From positions 163,179 to 195,178 of the forward strand of contig JBBRTX010000004.1 in assembly GCA_038244085.1 (NCBI GenBank): 32,000 nt of DNA, written 5' to 3'. This DNA is from Bacteroidales bacterium. Lineage in GTDB: Bacteria > Bacteroidota > Bacteroidia > Bacteroidales > FEN-979. This document shows, piece by piece, positions 28,701-32,000 of this stretch. Position 1 is the stretch's first letter. Every line of letters starts with the position of its first letter. The position numbers and the translations under genes were made by a program. The notes under the pieces were generated by a model, which was not told the origin of the DNA, made no database searches, and saw only the letters and a list, made by a program, of their open reading frames with translations.

Positions 28701-31183
28701 GGCTTGGGAATGCCGTATCAGCCAAGGTTGATTTTAAACCCTGGTACCAGTATGCTTCGATGACGACTTTTTACACGCTTCCACTTCCGTTGTTATCGTC
28801 ATGTACTTCTCCGATAACGCTGGATCAGCATGCTGAAAGAGATCCTTATGCTACCGGTACGCCAACGGTCACTACCTGTTACGGTCCTTATTCCTTAACT
28901 TATGATGATAACCGTTCCGGGCTAACTTCCTGCAATGCAACCGGTACGATCATCCGCACCTGGACTGTAAAGGACTATTTTGATAATACCACAACCTGTG
29001 TTCAGAATATTGTTATCCAGGATAATGATAACCCGGTTGTTACCTGTCCATCCAATATAGTGACATATACAGATCCCGGACTATGCACTGCAGTAGAGAC
29101 ATTCAATCCAACAGCCACAGACTTCGGATTCTTCCAGGGATTTGAAAATCCTAATTGGGTTGCCGGTCTTGCCGCGAACAATCCTTCTGTTGATTGGAAT
29201 GAATATAGTAGCCCAATTGTTCGAGTTACTTCCGGAACTGATGGTATCACTTCAAAGTCTGGGAGTGCACATGCCGTTATAAATTCCACAGCTAACATTA
29301 ATCCAAATACTACGGGCGCATTTGGTCGACTAGGTGGATATAATGGTACTTTCGGCTTAGGCTTTATTTCGAAAGTGGATGTCTATTTTAATATGTCAGA
29401 TGGACGCATATCTACCGGTACTTACGGATGGGACCTTGATCAGGCCGTTAGCAGTAGCAGTGCTGGATTCCTGCGTGATTTCGTTTACCATGTCGGCGGA
29501 GATAACACCGGAATATATGTGTGCGCAAGCAATAACTCAAATAATGTAATCCCGGCAATGAGCCCTGCTTATATTCAAACCCAGCCTCATGCTACAATTA
29601 CTGCAACAGGATGGTACACAATGGAGTGGGAAGCACGTGATAATGCAGGTTTCCTGGCTATGGATTTCAATATACGCAATGCTTCAGGTGCAATTGTATG
29701 GACAACTACTATCAACACTACCGATGCTATTGCTGGTGTAGGTGGAAATCGTTATATGTGGTTCAATTTTATCGCTGCTGATAAACTGGCAATTGATAAT
29801 ACAAGTTTATTACGCAAGTTATCGGTTACTGCATCCCCGGTAAGCGAAACTGTATTTGATATCGGCTCAACTCCTGTGAATGTTACATCCTTGGATGCTT
29901 GCGGAAAAACAGGAACCTGTAGCTTCACTGTGACCGTCGAAACTGTATCCATAGCCGGCGCCATTACCTATTATAACACTGCAAACACTCCGATGAATAA
30001 TGTGACCGTCAATCTCAAGCAGGGTGGTGCTACAAAATATACTGCTGTTGCAAATGGATTTGGCGGCTATTCTTTCTCCGGTGTGTGTAACGGCAATTAT
30101 GATGTGGTATTCTCGACTTCCAAACCTGCTGGTGGTATCAACTCGACTGATGCTGCACAGGTAAATGCCTGGTCGGTAGGACCGCAGTATTCAATTGAAA
30201 AGGTGAGGTTCTTTGCCGGTGATGTTGTTAGGGACGGAAACATTCTGCCTCTTGATGCCCAGAGAATTGTACAATACTTTGTATCCGGCGGAGCTCTTGC
30301 ATTCAATCCTGATTGGACTTACTGGAAAACAAATGACCCTACCACAACGAACGCGGGTACTTATGCTTTGACACTGAATGTAACCGGTCCGCTGACGCAG
30401 AATTTTTATGCGCTGGCAACCGGAGACTTTAACCGCAGCTTTATTCCTGGCGGTGCCAAGAGCGCAAGTGACAACCTTGAATTGAATATCAATGGCAGCA
30501 TACAGGCAGAGAAGGGGATTGAGTTCGAATTACCGGTCTATGCAAGTGCTGCAATGGATGTGACGGCTGTTTCGATGATCCTCAACGTTCCGTCTGATAA
30601 ACTTGAAGTGACAGGAATCTACCTCGGCGCTAACCTGGCAAGTCCGCTGGATTATGCGGCAACCGGCGATGAACTCAGGATCGGATGGCAATCACTTTCC
30701 CCCGTTTCCCTGAATCCAGGTGAAAAACTTCTCACCCTGAAGCTCAGGTTGAAGGTTGAACTGGGAGAAGGCGAGTCAATCCGTTTCAGCCTTGCCGGCA
30801 ACGAACTCAATGAGCTTGCCGATGCCGACTACGATGTTATTCCAAATGCTGTGTTATTCACAAATGCTATAGGATCAGCGCTCGGAGTTGATGTGCTGCC
30901 GGGATTCGGAACACTCACTTTTGCCAACTACCCCAATCCGTTCAGGAACCAGACAACCTTTGCTTATTCCCTGCCAGTCGACGGTTTCGTTTCGATTGAA
31001 ATCTGTAATATGCTGGGAAGTAAATTGAAAACGCTGGTGAATGAAATGCAGACAGCGGGAGATCATACCCTGACACTGGATGCCAACATCATGGGGCCGG
31101 GCGTTTACATCGCTACCTTAAGGCTTAACGCAAAAGGCCAGCAATTCAATCGACTGATCAAGATTATACGCAACCAGGATTAA
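22715..31183 (+). CDS. giant secreted multidomain protein (2822 aa): signal peptide, N-terminal beta domain, cohesin-like module, repeated right-handed beta-helix modules, HYR domain with insertion, dockerin-like segment, second cohesin-like module, T9SS type A sorting domain
   Basis: MMKQLFTLLIALFTLCSVAFSA signal. Repeated IQAAIDAASAGNTITVAAGTY.E.LTINKSL.I.GPNAA-type beta-helix openings. NWWG...PW caps. CPSNIV...CSFTVTV HYR halves. C-terminus FANYPNPFRNQTTFAYSLPVDGFVSIEICNMLGSKLKTLVNEMQTAGDHTLTLDANIMGPGVYIATLRLNAKGQQFNRLIKIIRNQD. Confidence 0.93.
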   Translation: MMKQLFTLLIALFTLCSVAFSANYHVTLYSADATPVGGIATSSPSPQILGTGSWQNNQAASKMELYLPLTALGSFTIDDIVSLKFSTQKTTPIPASPDLDFFWSIYTMPYTGGFATWYGQKLTSEPMYYNGYVSLYNAWSTYQTGGTSNQMTFFDSNHSPIGYNNAPTLVDIQAGLVNFNYTAPYWTSGTGIDYGAQTVKYISIATGGAWNSAMLSYLDNIIITLTNGNTLTIDLENGYPNPITTIQAPISLSCGTYDVPVTVKDFSAIGAISLNLNYDPLVFDYQGVTLNPAIATATYQNLSGVFTLGQFISPEPVTLPDNAVLFTLHLNLKPAISGAATNFTWSTVSGQCEYAGPGGTPTYVSSFVDRSWPIPVRPVKNTDTGLEYCTIQAAIDAASAGNTITVAAGTYAENLTINKSLIILGPNAASDGCGSRIAEAIIVPATNSPADWSSQLVLLTASNITIKGLTFDGDNPLLNGAGDYNVSQGIVGSTGQANIVIENNILKNMTSAAVYLCDDATTSSTSGNIINKNKIDNISPTAGFGIGVYTGNNTYVDITNNCMTNVRKGIQGGENNHKANAGNISPVWSGNTIQSYKIGIWNNLAYSLATPVTITGNTVTTVSGSTINSGIEISSIQGTSSVNVYGNTVTGAMAGINLWSNTTTGPLAIGANTFIDCSYGVFANNYDGYSSNANSSSYIINGGTITNPLLAAVYVKDNLLNSNGATVAVNIAGTSISGTASGMKAFLVEGGSASLSFSGAQPQATIVGAPKYIVLQSNTLDVPAGNIDATLVMLDTKYGSTMDLPTLFAAEDRIDHKIDNAALGFVTVKANNDYVTVNSFVAPNTTPLIQRGIDVASTGWTVNVAEGTYNKVVNINKANLTLKGIGPNKPLIIPDGTDAPQTDGRRVGIYINEVDGVTIDNFEVDGTNSTILQYGIYGFNTYSTTVKNCKVHDIGAIDNSTGIGILYFGYDHDIKNAIIDDNIVYNTGRQGIIVNAMNETPFNWLLNDNNKIRNNTVHDCWKTGNNGASVQIIGALNSEISGNTVYNTFNRNMTYGISIMGSAGINNSITGNILYNNDRAIFIESIYNSVLWGSNAAASPRIVSNSIIGSIYNLNNANNLLLDASCNWWGTNTVSGVSSLISGLVNYTPWLIDGTDMGNPGFVPGGSCSGATDLFVNDGTLNVNDIYTTAIGNDANPGTHSAPFLTIGKAVSTAVAGTKIWVDAGTFQEQISVGKTVDITGVDRTKTIVKAPTTLFGFINANGTSYAIIYANGNTNTINIDKILVDGDNGRPDATFTGVHYFAANGAFTNSRITAIRNNPFSGVQGGTAFTANHQWDISVLQTVTVDNNIIDDYQKAGIVINELNTQGIITNNTVTGQNIPLVTGQNGIQLAYGAYGTITGNIVTNNIWNKVEHPHVWTASGILLVGVGIDYHNAATGKLTVVDGNNLNGNEVGLFVAGDNTFGYTSNAGLTINPNTFSNNKIHVSMNSPSIVPSAPVSYDKRVDNPDQTNIVFGCIQYAIDEASTGNTLNASAGTFIENVNVHTAVSILGPNAAINPNTGARGPEAYVKPAATDVSNGIVFIVQKSNTIIKGFTIDGDNPGLSGGTNVFGIDVNARGGICNGLFNGPYSQVDNLRFENNIFKDFISDGIYIENSFGANYSWNYLVNNQFDKMREGVQTYALHADISGNFMTHVNRGISIHGTNTACDDGFVPKINNNDITLSWQWVHPSLSGNRAIGIWVNYRRQNAADLIVNTNIIRFPEAISGGISAWGIYSITMDDNRKVTYTGNSVIGAGNCNIGYYTSAVSSPNVKVTGGSLSGIKDYGVLATTNDPVWGAGDASVTLDNVNISVAAGGIGVKAYMDPAASSNVAVVNVTNNCDITGGTTGILAEGVHASVSVTNNVTTITGNQVGILIKNGGNLLSCNNNTITNNTVGGIIIESTAGTIGIISDNTISGNGPAPHGLGVSNAKSSSVNAINNWWGDATGPYNDPNNTCGLGNAVSAKVDFKPWYQYASMTTFYTLPLPLLSSCTSPITLDQHAERDPYATGTPTVTTCYGPYSLTYDDNRSGLTSCNATGTIIRTWTVKDYFDNTTTCVQNIVIQDNDNPVVTCPSNIVTYTDPGLCTAVETFNPTATDFGFFQGFENPNWVAGLAANNPSVDWNEYSSPIVRVTSGTDGITSKSGSAHAVINSTANINPNTTGAFGRLGGYNGTFGLGFISKVDVYFNMSDGRISTGTYGWDLDQAVSSSSAGFLRDFVYHVGGDNTGIYVCASNNSNNVIPAMSPAYIQTQPHATITATGWYTMEWEARDNAGFLAMDFNIRNASGAIVWTTTINTTDAIAGVGGNRYMWFNFIAADKLAIDNTSLLRKLSVTASPVSETVFDIGSTPVNVTSLDACGKTGTCSFTVTVETVSIAGAITYYNTANTPMNNVTVNLKQGGATKYTAVANGFGGYSFSGVCNGNYDVVFSTSKPAGGINSTDAAQVNAWSVGPQYSIEKVRFFAGDVVRDGNILPLDAQRIVQYFVSGGALAFNPDWTYWKTNDPTTTNAGTYALTLNVTGPLTQNFYALATGDFNRSFIPGGAKSASDNLELNINGSIQAEKGIEFELPVYASAAMDVTAVSMILNVPSDKLEVTGIYLGANLASPLDYAATGDELRIGWQSLSPVSLNPGEKLLTLKLRLKVELGEGESIRFSLAGNELNELADADYDVIPNAVLFTNAIGSALGVDVLPGFGTLTFANYPNPFRNQTTFAYSLPVDGFVSIEICNMLGSKLKTLVNEMQTAGDHTLTLDANIMGPGVYIATLRLNAKGQQFNRLIKIIRNQD
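23456..23860 (+). other. cohesin-like module 1 of the giant protein
   Basis: ISLSCGTYDVPVTVKDFSAIGAISLNLNYDPLVFDYQGVT...NAVLFTLHLNLKPAISG. Confidence 0.6.
23860..25240 (+). repeat. beta-helix module 1 (protein-level repeat)
   Basis: EYCTIQAAIDAASAGNTITVAAGTYAENLTINKSLIILGPNAA...NITIKGLTFDGDNPLLNG, followed by N-rich parallel beta-helix rungs. Confidence 0.7.
25243..26170 (+). repeat. beta-helix module 2 (protein-level repeat), ending in an NWWG cap
   Basis: LIQRGIDVASTGWTVNVAEGTYNKVVNINKANLTLKGIGPNKPL ... CNWWGTNTVSGVSSLISGLVNYTPWL. Confidence 0.7.
26271..27190 (+). repeat. beta-helix module 3 (protein-level repeat, DUF1565-like start)
   Basis: AIGNDANPGTHSAPFLTIGKAVSTAVAGTKIWVDAGTFQEQISVGKTVDITGVDRTKTIVKAP ... 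repeated N-x-(I/V)-x rungs. Confidence 0.7.
27228..28750 (+). repeat. beta-helix module 4 (protein-level repeat closely resembling module 1), ending in an NWWG cap
   Basis: GCIQYAIDEASTGNTLNASAGTFIENVNVHTAVSILGPNAA...NTIIKGFTIDGDNPGLSGG ... NNWWGDATGPYNDPNNTCG...VDFKPWYQY. Confidence 0.7.
29038..29943 (+). other. HYR-like domain, apparently split by an inserted beta-rich module of about 230 aa (insert about 29122-29819)
   Basis: First half TCPSNIVTYTDPGLCTAVETFNPTATD; insert FGFFQGFENPNW...LAIDNTSLLRK; second half LSVTASPVSETVFDIGSTPVNVTSLDACGKTGTCSFTVTVE. Confidence 0.6.
30127..30290 (+). other. dockerin-like segment
   Basis: GGINSTDAAQVNAW...FFAGDVVRDGNILPLDAQRIVQYFV: two EF-hand-like D-x-N/D helical repeats. 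The first is degenerate. Confidence 0.5.
30492..30860 (+). other. cohesin-like module 2 of the giant protein
   Basis: IEFELPVYASAAMDVTAVSMILNVPSDKLEVTGIYL...DELRIGWQSLSPVSLNPGEKLLTLKLRLK. Confidence 0.5.
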
Positions 31184-31187
31184 CAGA

Positions 31188-31228
31188 AAAAACGAGAACG
31201 GGAGCAAGATTCTCCCGTTCTCGTTTTT
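31188..31228. terminator. strong intrinsic (potentially bidirectional) terminator
   Basis: Perfect 17-bp inverted repeat AAAAACGAGAACGGGAG (31188-31204) / CTCCCGTTCTCGTTTTT (31212-31228) with a 7-nt loop CAAGATT. A T-run follows, starting 4 nt after the stop codon. Confidence 0.93.
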
Positions 31229-31335
31229 ATTTATCAATGGAAAAATATTATCTAACTCATTATTAAACAAAAAGATTGAAGAGAGAAGAGATCGTTGGAT
31301 TTTTTTGAAAATTTAATTTTTTTTCAAGCTGGGAA

Positions 31336-32000
31336 ATGAAAAAAATTAAACAAATAGCGTGGGTTCTTATTTATTTACCCTTCATCGGTATTCAGGCTCA
31401 AAACGGACCTGTTACCCTTGCAGGCAATATTGTTACACCGGATTCTTCAATTACACTTCCTGTTATTGCTTCCGATTTTAACAACATCGGAAGTTGTGGC
31501 TTGCAACTGTTGTATGATCCGGAAATTATGATTGCCACTGCCGTTACTGCCGGTCCGCTTCTTGGCGGCAATTTGAATTCAAACCTTACCGTTGCGGGCC
31601 GGATAATCCTGGGATGGTACACCTGGCCAGGTGTTTCTCTGGCCGACAGCACGGTGATTTTTAACATTGTTTTTTCAAGAGCCATAACCGGGACTTCTGC
31701 TATTACCTGGTTTGATGATGGTTACTCTTGTTATTACAGCAATGGTCAATCTGTCATCTTAAACGATCTGCCTTCCAATAACTACTATATCAATGGTTCT
31801 GTGACTTTTCAGTTGCCAGCGCCCTTTACGATGGCTCCTTCAATCAGTGCGTTTCCGGGTACAACTGTTGATATCCCTATTAGGATATCCGGCTTCCGGG
31901 ATATCGGGAAGATCAACCTTGTCCTTCAATATGATCCGCTGGTGCTTTCCTTGCAGACCTGGTCGGATTCCTCCGGATTTCCGGGCTTGACGGTTCGGGA
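31336..32000 (+). CDS. secreted protein with tandem cohesin-like modules (truncated by window edge)
   Basis: ATG at 31336 gives MKKIKQIAWVLIYLPFIGIQAQNGPVTLAGNIVTPDSSITLPVIASDFNNIGSCGLQLLYDPEIM...GRIILGWYTWPGVSLADSTVIFNIVFSRAI..., then ISAFPGTTVDIPIRISGFRDIGKINLVLQYDPLVLSLQTW. The frame is open to the window end. Confidence 0.85.
   Translation, partial: MKKIKQIAWVLIYLPFIGIQAQNGPVTLAGNIVTPDSSITLPVIASDFNNIGSCGLQLLYDPEIMIATAVTAGPLLGGNLNSNLTVAGRIILGWYTWPGVSLADSTVIFNIVFSRAITGTSAITWFDDGYSCYYSNGQSVILNDLPSNNYYINGSVTFQLPAPFTMAPSISAFPGTTVDIPIRISGFRDIGKINLVLQYDPLVLSLQTWSDSSGFPGLTVR

Noticed and set aside
23860-28750. N-rich repeats as DNA-level tandem repeats or CRISPR-like arrays
   Set aside because: Repetition is at the protein level (beta-helix rungs); there is no constant-length DNA repeat with regular spacers.

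Overview
This looks like a Bacteroidota (probably Bacteroidales-like) chromosomal window. I found no rRNA, tRNA, CRISPR array or recognisable transposon. From left to right it holds a Kup-type K+ transporter (partial), a DedA protein, a CPA2-type cation:proton antiporter and PnuC plus a NadR-like kinase. These are followed by a glycosyltransferase, a polysaccharide flippase, a topoisomerase IV B-like protein, an HD hydrolase and the NAD(P)HX repair enzyme Nnr. Next come a small membrane protein, a DUF2279-like protein, MltG, a GNAT acetyltransferase, DapF, a LiaF-like protein with a LytS/LytTR pair and pyruvate kinase. The right third is the accessory-looking part. It has a REC-PAS-PAS-histidine kinase, an NtrC-family regulator, a small winged-helix-like ORF and a giant 2822-aa secreted protein, followed by the start of another secreted protein with cohesin-like modules. 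The giant protein has a cohesin-like module, about four right-handed beta-helix modules, a HYR domain apparently split by an inserted domain, a dockerin-like segment, a second cohesin-like module and a T9SS sorting domain. The most interesting hypothesis is a T9SS-exported cohesin/dockerin-like surface assembly next to a dedicated regulatory cluster. This is inference; no database search was run.
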